64,000 nucleotides of DNA from Kiritimatiellia bacterium (GTDB lineage Bacteria > Verrucomicrobiota > Kiritimatiellia > RFP12 > UBA1067): positions 1,922 through 65,921 of the forward strand of contig JAZLJP010000041.1 in the NCBI GenBank assembly GCA_045617985.1. The letters are read 5' to 3'. Shown here piece by piece: positions 9,080 through 16,385 of the stretch; the stretch's first letter is position 1; each line of letters starts with the position of its first letter. The notes below the pieces were generated by a model. That model saw only the letters and a list, made by a program, of their open reading frames with translations, was not told the DNA's origin and searched no databases. The position numbers were made by a program, and so were the translations under genes.

Positions 9080-10528
9080 TCATTTCCGGGCTTGACGCTG
9101 TGCCTCGTAGAGAGACTTCGGCATGACGGGGCGCCCGGGGGAAATCCATTCGCCCGCAGTTGCGCTTCTTCCCTGATTGGCCCGCCCCACGCAGCCGATG
9201 GCGGCGTTTTTGCCGGAAACCGGCGGACTGTGGCAGATGAGGCTCGAGGCCGTACAGTTCCAGAGAATGAAATTCGCCCCTGCCCAGCCATGCCCCGTGC
9301 CCATGTTGCTACGATTCTGGATATTGAGCGCACCATCCGTCCTCACGCCATCGTAGAGGCAGCCCGTCGCCCACCGCTGATGCGGCCCTATGTCGGCTTG
9401 CATGTGCGTGCCCGTGCAGCGCAGAAACACGTTCGGCCCCGGCGTACCGTGATTGGTCACGAAGCCGTGCCGGTCATAGTCCACCGAAGAGTCGCGCACC
9501 AAACACATCTCGCCGCCCGTGATATTGAATCCATAGCGCCGCCCACCCGTCACCTGGGAGACCGGCTCGCACACCCGGCAATCCGCCACCGTGCAGAGCC
9601 GCGCCCCGCCGTTGAGCCCCACGAGCGCAAAGCCGAAGTGGCGAGACGTCACCTTCCGCACCCAGCAGTTCTCGGCGTTCCGCACGTCGATCGCCGTCCA
9701 GCCATGCCGCTCGTCGATGAAGTTCCCCTTCTTGTCCCTTTGCGTAGCATCATACACGCTGTCGCACACGAGATCTTCCACCCCGCACTCCGTCACACGC
9801 GCCGAGGTACAGGCGATCAACCGACCACCGCCGTATTGCGCCTCAAGTGCCATCATGATCGGCGCGTCGAGGAAAATGCGCCGTCCCTTGACGGCCCGTA
9901 CCTCGCGTTCCCAAGAGAGCATATACCCTTTGGGCCTCCATTGGGAGACCTTGCGGCCGTCCTTGCGCGGCGGGATGCGGTCCATGCCCAAGTCGTGGAT
10001 CCAATTCTGCGTACCCGGGCGAAACACGCACACGCGCGCACCCGCTTTGAACGGCACCTCGCCGGTCGCCTCCACCCACATCTGCCCGACGGGAACCGGC
10101 GTCACGATATCGACGGCCGTCCGTTCGTTACGCAAGCACCCCTTCTCCCCGCCCATCCGAATGAGCGTCTGCTGCCGCCGCGCCGTTGCAAGAAAAACGG
10201 TCGTCGCGCCAGCACCCCGCAGCACGACACCTGGCCGATTGAGCCGAATCGTTCCCTCGATGTGATAGGTCCCCGCTTCAAGAAAGATTGCACCGGGCCC
10301 CGTCATCGCATCGATCGCCGCCTGAATGAGCCCTCCCGCATCAGCCCCGTCCACCGGGGCCGAGAGGCGTTTCACCACAGGCAAACGAGGCAAGGCCCTA
10401 TCGCCATGATGATACCCGACGGTGCTAAAATCCGGAAACGCCCCAATCGCCACCGCCCGTTCCACCGCCCCACCGCCGAAAGAGGCCATCATCGCCACAA
10501 AGGCGACAATCCGCACAAAACAATTCAT
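9080..10528 (-). CDS. Secreted right-handed beta-helix protein, pectate-lyase-superfamily-like
   Basis: 482 aa with an N-terminal signal. GADAGGLIQAAIDAMTGPGAIFLEAGTYHIEGTIRLNRPGVVLRGAG resembles the N-terminal signature of pectate_lyase_3-type glycosidases. This assignment is from memory, not an HMM. Confidence 0.6.
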   Translation of the reverse strand: MNCFVRIVAFVAMMASFGGGAVERAVAIGAFPDFSTVGYHHGDRALPRLPVVKRLSAPVDGADAGGLIQAAIDAMTGPGAIFLEAGTYHIEGTIRLNRPGVVLRGAGATTVFLATARRQQTLIRMGGEKGCLRNERTAVDIVTPVPVGQMWVEATGEVPFKAGARVCVFRPGTQNWIHDLGMDRIPPRKDGRKVSQWRPKGYMLSWEREVRAVKGRRIFLDAPIMMALEAQYGGGRLIACTSARVTECGVEDLVCDSVYDATQRDKKGNFIDERHGWTAIDVRNAENCWVRKVTSRHFGFALVGLNGGARLCTVADCRVCEPVSQVTGGRRYGFNITGGEMCLVRDSSVDYDRHGFVTNHGTPGPNVFLRCTGTHMQADIGPHQRWATGCLYDGVRTDGALNIQNRSNMGTGHGWAGANFILWNCTASSLICHSPPVSGKNAAIGCVGRANQGRSATAGEWISPGRPVMPKSLYEAQRQARK

Positions 10529-10658
10529 CTTCCCGTTCTCCTTTCTCCGTGAAGGGATAGTATATCAAAATTTCAACCGAAGAGGAATCGTCCCTACGTC
10601 TGGAGTTTACCCATTTCTCAGCCTCCTGCGCGCCGAGCGCTCCTGCCCCGTGCGGGTG

Positions 10659-10741
10659 GAGGCTCGCGCGGCTTCGGAGCCGTCAGCCGAACGTACCTCA
10701 CGCGGAGGGCGTACGCTTGCCCCCGAAGCCGCACGAGCCTC
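10659..10741. repeat. Imperfect inverted repeat (19-bp arms, 18/19 match, 45-nt loop) at the left junction of the low-GC island
   Basis: GAGGCTCGCGCGGCTTCGG (10659-10677) pairs with CCGAAGCCGCACGAGCCTC (10723-10741). The right arm abuts the first base of the segment shared with paralog D. The stop codon of truncated paralog A lies in the loop. Confidence 0.6.
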
Positions 10742-11225
10742 GGTCACCGCATGATCGATCATTGCAGAATTTCCGAAAGATGTCAACATCGATTGGGAAC
10801 GAATAGGGGTCGCGCGGGGGAACATATCGGCAGTCGAGCAGACACGCCTTCTCATCCAGAAGCTTTCGCAGAACAATGCGAAAGGGATTGGATTCAGAAT
10901 GTTCTTGCGGCGTGGCACATTCGGTCCGATTGGGATTTAGATAGTCCTCATATCTGTACCCTTTCTTGCCTGCGGCCTCAACATGACGGTCTTCATCTTC
11001 TTCAACTGGGGCGACAATCCTCCCGTTCTCCGTTGCCTGGAACCATTTCTCGTGAGGGACGGGATACGGGCTGCCGTCAGGCAAGTCCCACCACTTCAAT
11101 TTCACAAATGCACCGGGAACAGGATGCCCTTCCTGATCAGTGACCAGGAAGTGAACTGATCCGCCAAACAATTCTCCAAGGGACAGATAGGACAAACAAA
11201 CGACAATCATCTCTTTCAGTTTCAT
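10698..11225 (-). pseudogene. Truncated member (A, 175 aa) of the island paralog family. It keeps only the N-terminal third and ends in unrelated GC-rich sequence.
   Basis: MKLKEMIVVCLSYLSLGELFGGSVHFLVTDQEGHPVPGAFV... aligns with paralog D up to ...FCNDRSCGDR, then diverges (GSCGFGGKRTPSA*). GAGGAG precedes ATG 11225. The conserved TTN..G.IATTNRV and HRYPPRPD regions are missing. Confidence 0.6.
10741..10893. repeat. 153-bp segment about 97% identical to 14808..14960 (paralog A versus paralog D)
   Basis: Direct comparison of the two stretches shows only about 4 substitutions. The encoded peptide NPFRIVLRKLLDEKACLLDCRYVPPRDPYSFPIDVDIFRKFCNDRSCGDR is identical in both. Confidence 0.85.
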
Positions 11226-11370
11226 ACAAACTCCTCTTTCAGACATGACGACGTAGAAGTCTACCTTCGTATTTTGCATTGCGACATTTCCGTTCAGCAG
11301 GGAAGGACGAGTCAGAAACAGTCCTCTATGCCCAAACGCCTCCATCCCCGAACCCGTGAATCATACCACT

Positions 11371-12558
11371 CTATTCTGGAAGAGAAAGCGTATGAGCCTC
11401 ATTACACAATCGATCAAGCTCCAACGCCTTGTCGCGATAGAGAGAATGGGATGAATCAAGTTCCTTTTGATAAGGAGCAGTTGCACGCACAACCTCCTCC
11501 TTGGTCGCTTGAGGATGCGACTTGCGAAACTCTTCGATCTTCATGTTCAATTCATACCGGCGGACATGCCATTTCGAAATCTCATCCTCCAATATTCGGC
11601 GCCTTTCCAAGTTAGCGGCTCTTGCCTTCAGATCCGGATGGCGAGGATAAATGCGATCCAGCAATAACGAACGCCAGGCTTCCTGCGTCAAATCCCGAGC
11701 ACATTCACTTCCGATTTTCTCAATCCGGTCATCATATTCGAATTCCCTTCGACCATAGGGATTCAAAATCGAACGTGGAATGGAAATATGGAAACGCGGA
11801 TCTGACGGTTTAGTCCGCACAACGCCACTCTCGTTATCGAACGGCAGCATCATGAACACCTGGGGGGTCCGTGTGCGGAGATATAGCGTGAAGGACGAAT
11901 TGGTGTAGACCTCCTGCGAGACTTCGACATGTTTCACGTACCCTTTGTCTGGAGCGACAAACACCCGATTGGTCGTGGCAATAATACCAGAACATTCATT
12001 GGTCGTCCAGAATGCCACAGTCCAACAATTCGACTCGGCGTGAAAAGATGGGCAAACATGGAAATCCCGATACCCATCACCCTTTGAATCGTACGCTTCC
12101 CTTGATTCGGCATACATATCGACAGTGATCGGTTCGCACTTCCCACCATCGCAATAATAGGGATTACTATAATTGCAAACAAGGCAGAAGGAACGAGCCG
12201 GCTCTTTCTTTCGCAGGACAATCCGATAGGGGTTATCCTGCGGAGCTCGACTGGGGATCAGCACCTTGTTTCTGCCAGGATTCAAATATCTTTCATACAC
12301 ATAACCATCCTTTTTCGCATCGAGAATCTCAACCCATCGCTTTAACGACATATTCGTATCGGCACGACCATCGCGAGCAGATTTCAAAGTTTCCCTTTTA
12401 GGAGGCAAGAGACTTCCTGAAAAGTTTTTTTCGTAGTAACCAATACTGATTTCACAATCTTCGACAGGAACACCAAATTGGTCCACGACCATCAAATTAA
12501 CCGTAGGGCGAGAGAGAAGAAGCCACGGCATCAACAACAGAAGGACACACGATTTCAT
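11371..12558 (-). CDS. Secreted island paralog B (395 aa), unrecognised family
   Basis: Signal peptide MKSCVLLLLMPWLLLS. The family motifs are all present: NPYRIVLRK, TTNECSGIIATTNRVFVAP..GY, FTLYLRTRTPQ, NPYGRREFEYDD and RIYPRHPD. The C-terminal charged heptad-like tail ends in HTLSLPE. GGGAGGTG precedes the ATG. Confidence 0.8.
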   Translation of the reverse strand: MKSCVLLLLMPWLLLSRPTVNLMVVDQFGVPVEDCEISIGYYEKNFSGSLLPPKRETLKSARDGRADTNMSLKRWVEILDAKKDGYVYERYLNPGRNKVLIPSRAPQDNPYRIVLRKKEPARSFCLVCNYSNPYYCDGGKCEPITVDMYAESREAYDSKGDGYRDFHVCPSFHAESNCWTVAFWTTNECSGIIATTNRVFVAPDKGYVKHVEVSQEVYTNSSFTLYLRTRTPQVFMMLPFDNESGVVRTKPSDPRFHISIPRSILNPYGRREFEYDDRIEKIGSECARDLTQEAWRSLLLDRIYPRHPDLKARAANLERRRILEDEISKWHVRRYELNMKIEEFRKSHPQATKEEVVRATAPYQKELDSSHSLYRDKALELDRLCNEAHTLSLPE

Positions 12559-12591
12559 TATTCACCTCCCTGGAAACAAACCGGGGACTCA

Positions 12592-13854
12592 TCATTTGCT
12601 TTCAAGGAAGAGGGTATGAACCTCCTTGTCCAAACGAACGCATTCCTGCCCTCTTGCGCTGGCCAGACCTTGAATGCGCTCGTCTTCCGTCCGCAGCGCC
12701 TTCGTCGCCTCCTCTATTTGCGCAGGCGAGCTTCCGGCCATTTTAGACTTGATTTGTTTTATCTGTTGCTTCAATTCCCGACTTTTATCCTCCAACTCCA
12801 TTAACTCTTTCAAAAGAATCTTTTTGGCTTTTCGATTCCTGATGCGCGCGGGCACGTCGGGCGGGCGAGGATAACGGTGCTCGAACAGAAAATCGTCCCA
12901 TGCATCAAAACGTATCGTATCCGCGACACTTCCACCCATCACTGCCTCGTCCAGGGAATCATCCTCCTCGAAAGTCCGCCCGCCTGTCGGATTGATCAAA
13001 ACGTTCTCAAAACCAAATTCGAAATACGGTGCTTCAGAATCATTACCTGCATATCCCTTTATGCCAAAATATTCTCCAGAGGCAAATGGAATCATGGCAT
13101 GGACACGGGGCGTTCGCGTGCGAAAATAGAGCGTGAAGCAGGGATGGGCGTAAAGTTCTGGAGACACCTTTACTTGTTGACTATACCCCTTTTCCGGAGC
13201 CATGAACACGCGATTGGTCGTCGCAATGATTCCGCAGCCGGAATTAGTCGTCATGAGCGTGAACGACCATCGTCGCGAACTGGAATCGAAATGTGGTTCA
13301 ACGGAAAAATCCGTATATCGCAGATGGTTCCGCTCGGGTTTAGCTTCGCTAACCCTACGGAAGAAGTCGATGTCTGCTCGCTTTCTTCCGTTTCTCTGGC
13401 TGAAACGATAATGGCAATCCTCAATATTCCTCCATCCAGCAGGGAACTTGACACCAATTGGGTTCAACATGCAAGTCTTTTCGTCCTCCAATTTTCGCAA
13501 TACGAATTTATGAGGATTCTCGAGCGTGTCCTTCACGGTGATGTAGCTGTGAATCGCGGGATTTTGGAACTCCTCAAATTTGTATCCGTCTTTCCATAGC
13601 TTTTGAAGAGAGCCATAACTACCCTCGCCGAGTTTGATTTCCACTCGGCCGGACTCATCTGACTGTACAAAGACATCATAACCATCACGTTCCTTGATTG
13701 CCGGCGAATTGCGTATCTCCAATCCAAACAACACCAAGTTGGCGCCGGCGACCGGCCGCCCCACGTGATCGACAACAAGGATGTGGGCACTCTCCGCTTC
13801 CCCACCCCAAACCGAGGCAGCGAGCGACATAAGAACAAAAAACATTTTCATCAT
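12592..13854 (-). CDS. Secreted island paralog C (420 aa)
   Basis: Signal peptide MMKMFFVLMSLAASVWG. It carries HILVVDHVGRPVAGANL (Ig-like/CarboxypepD_reg-like start), NPHKFVLRK, TTNSGCGIIATTNRVFMAP..GY, FTLYFRTRTPR, NPTGGRTFEEDD, HRYPRPPD and a coiled-coil-like tail. Confidence 0.8.
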   Translation of the reverse strand: MMKMFFVLMSLAASVWGGEAESAHILVVDHVGRPVAGANLVLFGLEIRNSPAIKERDGYDVFVQSDESGRVEIKLGEGSYGSLQKLWKDGYKFEEFQNPAIHSYITVKDTLENPHKFVLRKLEDEKTCMLNPIGVKFPAGWRNIEDCHYRFSQRNGRKRADIDFFRRVSEAKPERNHLRYTDFSVEPHFDSSSRRWSFTLMTTNSGCGIIATTNRVFMAPEKGYSQQVKVSPELYAHPCFTLYFRTRTPRVHAMIPFASGEYFGIKGYAGNDSEAPYFEFGFENVLINPTGGRTFEEDDSLDEAVMGGSVADTIRFDAWDDFLFEHRYPRPPDVPARIRNRKAKKILLKELMELEDKSRELKQQIKQIKSKMAGSSPAQIEEATKALRTEDERIQGLASARGQECVRLDKEVHTLFLESK

Positions 13855-13875
13855 CTGTTCCTTTCGTCGTTAAAA

Positions 13876-13927
13876 CTCAATGGGGACTGTCCCCACGCGA
13901 ACTCAATGTGGACTGTCCCCACGCGAA
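13876..13927. repeat. Two tandem 26-nt direct repeats in the D-C spacer, each containing the GGACTGTCCCCACGCGAA motif
   Basis: CTCAATGGGGACTGTCCCCACGCGAA (13876-13901) is followed by CTCAATGTGGACTGTCCCCACGCGAA (13902-13927), with one mismatch. GGGGAC-T-GTCCCC is itself an inverted repeat. Confidence 0.85.
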
Positions 13928-14062
13928 GCAAGACGGGGACGGCGATATTGTACCAAACGCCCGAAACTGATGGAAGACAAAATAAGGCTAAAGTTCACCC
14001 ATTTTTCAACCTCCCGCTCGACGAGCGACGCTCCACTCCACACGAATGTCCTCGTGAAATCG

Positions 14063-15283
14063 TCATCGCTCATCGTTTGGCTGGACAACATTGGCAGGTT
14101 TGGACTCCGGCAGCACAAGCGTCAATATCTCCTTGTCCAACTCTTCAAGCTTGCATTGAAGTGGTCGCATTTGATCGCGGATCTTCCAGACTTTTCGTCG
14201 TGCAGGTTCTAATATCTTATCCAGCTCTTCTGTCGACAATCCTTTGTTTTTATCCCGAAGCGGTTTGATTTCCAGTCGATAGCATTCGTCAGCTCTGTCC
14301 TGTAACAGTTTCAACTCCTTTTCAACCGCCGACCTCCGCTTGCGGTTCTCGACACGAGCCCGAATGTCCGGTCGAGGAGGATAGCGGTGGTCGAACAGCA
14401 ACGATTCCAGTGCATTGATACAAATGGACTCGGCTATGTCCATGGCCTTGAGTTCGTCGTCGTTTTCAAGGCTACGTCCTCCCGTCGGATTGACGAGGGC
14501 CATGTCATACCTAAATCGGAAAAACGCCTTGGGCGAATCATCAAAATCGAAGTCATGAGCCGGTCTAAAAGCAATCATACAATATATCTGCGGGTCTCGC
14601 GTTCGACAATAGAGGGTGAACGCCTCGTTGGTATAAAACTCCCGAGAAATGTCCACCTGTTGTGCATATCCCGTCTCAGGAGCGCAATAGACGCGGTTTG
14701 TCGTAGCGATGAGGCCACAATTGGCATTCGTCGTGACAATTGTCAACGTCCAGTTCTTCGTCGCCTGATCGAAATGCGGTTTGACGGTAAAGTCCGTATA
14801 ACTGTATCGGTCACCGCATGATCGATCATTGCAGAATTTCCGAAAGATGTCAACATCGATTGGGAACGAATAGGGGTCGCGCGGAGGGACATATCGACAG
14901 TCAAGCAGACACGCCTTCTCATCCAGAAGCTTTCGCAGAACAATGCGAAAGGGATTGGCTTCCGTGCATTTTTCTTCGGTGCAATCACTCAGGCGATTTG
15001 GATTCAAGAATTTCTCGTATCGATACCCCTGTCTCACGGCGGCTTTGACCTCATAAGTGCGCTGTTCCTCCGATGTCACTACGAGTCGTCCCATTGCGTC
15101 TGTTTTCTGCCACTGCTTTCGCTCGACGAAGTAGTCGTTTTCAACATCCCCCCAGCCGTACTGCACGAACGCTTCCGGAACCGATCGTCCTTCCTGATCT
15201 GTGACCAGAAAGTGAACCGATCCACACAACGCGTATCTTGACAACAAACACCCAAAGCAAGCAACTATCATTGCGATTTTCAT
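14063..15283 (-). CDS. Secreted island paralog D (406 aa), coupled to the orphan tip fragment
   Basis: Signal peptide MKIAMIVACFGCLLSRYALCG, followed by all the family motifs (TTNANCGLIATTNRVYCAP..GY, HRYPPRPD). It ends ...LPESKPANVVQPNDER. Its ATG 15283 lies 2 nt after the stop of the 15286..15852 ORF, with GGAGGA just upstream. Confidence 0.8.
   Translation of the reverse strand: MKIAMIVACFGCLLSRYALCGSVHFLVTDQEGRSVPEAFVQYGWGDVENDYFVERKQWQKTDAMGRLVVTSEEQRTYEVKAAVRQGYRYEKFLNPNRLSDCTEEKCTEANPFRIVLRKLLDEKACLLDCRYVPPRDPYSFPIDVDIFRKFCNDRSCGDRYSYTDFTVKPHFDQATKNWTLTIVTTNANCGLIATTNRVYCAPETGYAQQVDISREFYTNEAFTLYCRTRDPQIYCMIAFRPAHDFDFDDSPKAFFRFRYDMALVNPTGGRSLENDDELKAMDIAESICINALESLLFDHRYPPRPDIRARVENRKRRSAVEKELKLLQDRADECYRLEIKPLRDKNKGLSTEELDKILEPARRKVWKIRDQMRPLQCKLEELDKEILTLVLPESKPANVVQPNDER
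14808..14960. repeat. Partner copy of the 153-bp near-identical segment (see 10741..10893)
   Basis: Same comparison as for 10741..10893. Confidence 0.85.
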
Positions 15284-15285
15284 GG

Positions 15286-15852
15286 TTAGTCCTCCACTGA
15301 ATTTACATTCTGGTTTTGATCTGGCATGAAAGGTCTCTCGATTTCATCTTTGACGATGGACCAAATCTCAAACACATCTGTTATGTTCGAACGGAACTGC
15401 CGGCTGTGCCCATAGTGGTCATTGCCATACCCATAATCCTTTAAAGACACCTTACGGTTCACGACACCATTCATGTCAAGCTGACCAAAAGCGAGAGAAC
15501 GCGTTGGCGTTACGAACGAAAACACACACCAGCGAGCCCATTCATCGCCAACAGGGTCGATACACAATTTCCCCAATGTTTCAGTATGTCGATAGAAACC
15601 TACTTGGGTTTGTCTGGTCTCAGAACCCTCGTCGACTATCTCAGACGATCCATAGTTGAAACTCGTGTCATGTTTAAACACGCCTTCCAGATTGTCTGGC
15701 TTTGAACAGTTGTTCATGACCCAGATGTTGAGCGCGTAGTCCTTACGGTTAAAGAAATTGACAGTACGGACATTAGCCAAAACATTGGTCAGATAGGGCT
15801 TCCCATTGCCAGACAATGCGAAATTTCCTTGTAAATCGGGAATGTTACTCAT
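15286..15852 (-). CDS. Orphan fragment (188 aa) homologous only to the C-terminal ~217 aa of the giant protein
   Basis: MSNIPDLQGNFALSGNGKPYLTNVLANVRTVNFFNRKDYALNIWVMNNCSKPDNL...WARWCVFSFVTPTRSLAFGQLDM...HYGHSRQFRSNI aligns with the giant protein APDIMGNFPRKDGPARPYLENVLTGLRNTANFYNRQDYALNVWLGNNATKPDNL...CAKWCAFSFVVQSRSLAIGQLNM...HYDHSHEFRSSI. The start is taken at the first in-frame ATG at the homology boundary. The track ORF extends to 16116 without homology. Confidence 0.6.
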   Translation of the reverse strand: MSNIPDLQGNFALSGNGKPYLTNVLANVRTVNFFNRKDYALNIWVMNNCSKPDNLEGVFKHDTSFNYGSSEIVDEGSETRQTQVGFYRHTETLGKLCIDPVGDEWARWCVFSFVTPTRSLAFGQLDMNGVVNRKVSLKDYGYGNDHYGHSRQFRSNITDVFEIWSIVKDEIERPFMPDQNQNVNSVED

Positions 15853-16248
15853 CTTGATCTTATTCCATGAACGGCCCCCAAATCCTGCAATTTTTTTCAA
15901 GGGTTCTTCAAACGACAGTTGAATCCGTGGAGGACAGTCCCCACGGCAACGTCGAGGCGATGAACGCCGAAATGTTTTCCAGATGTCTGCCATGGCAATC
16001 CGCCACCTCCTTTGAACCAACCGCGCCGACCACACAACCATTTTACCAAAGACGCCCCCGCCGGTAAAGCCAAAACTCCGACTAGGAAACAATCGGCCAG
16101 CAAGCGGGGGACGCATCCGCTGCCACGGGCTTCACGCAGGAGGAGTGGAGACGAGGGGAAGAGATTGAAGAGTCGCTTCGAATCGCACGGGGGCCGACCT
16201 CGTGGGCCACTTGAGGATTCGCACGGGGACAGACCCCAGCATCAGGGA

Positions 16249-16289
16249 CGAAGATTTCGGCTCGCAACCATTCCGCACCGAAATCTTCG
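16249..16289. repeat. Perfect 12-bp stem / 17-nt loop hairpin in the 533-nt spacer between paralog E and the orphan fragment
   Basis: CGAAGATTTCGG (16249-16260) pairs with CCGAAATCTTCG (16278-16289). It is flanked by GGGGACAGACCCC (16225-16237) and GGGACTGTCCCCC (16292-16304). Confidence 0.7.
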
Positions 16290-16385
16290 CAGGGACTGTC
16301 CCCCGTGGATTATGCAGAACACGCCGAAACTCGCTTCGCGGGACGCGGAAAACCCGCTCGAAGGAATGTCCACGCGAAATCGTCA

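Noticed and set aside
2960-10552. Long plus-strand ORFs 2960..4846, 4917..5975, 5830..7797 and 8954..10552
   Set aside because: They are antisense to well-supported minus-strand genes (CaCA exchanger, trxB, AAA+ ATPase, beta-helix protein). They have extreme Arg/His content and no RBS or domain evidence.
13876-13927. Possible CRISPR array or minisatellite
   Set aside because: There are only two directly abutting 26-nt copies with no spacers, and no cas genes are in the window. It is reported only as a tandem repeat.
15853-16116. The upstream 88 codons of ORF 15286..16116, considered as part of the orphan tip protein
   Set aside because: I could see no similarity to the giant protein upstream of the (A/I)PD..GNF boundary. 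The composition is GC-rich and Arg-rich, and the region contains the GGACAGTCCCC motif. It is more likely non-coding spacer, although read-through coding cannot be excluded.
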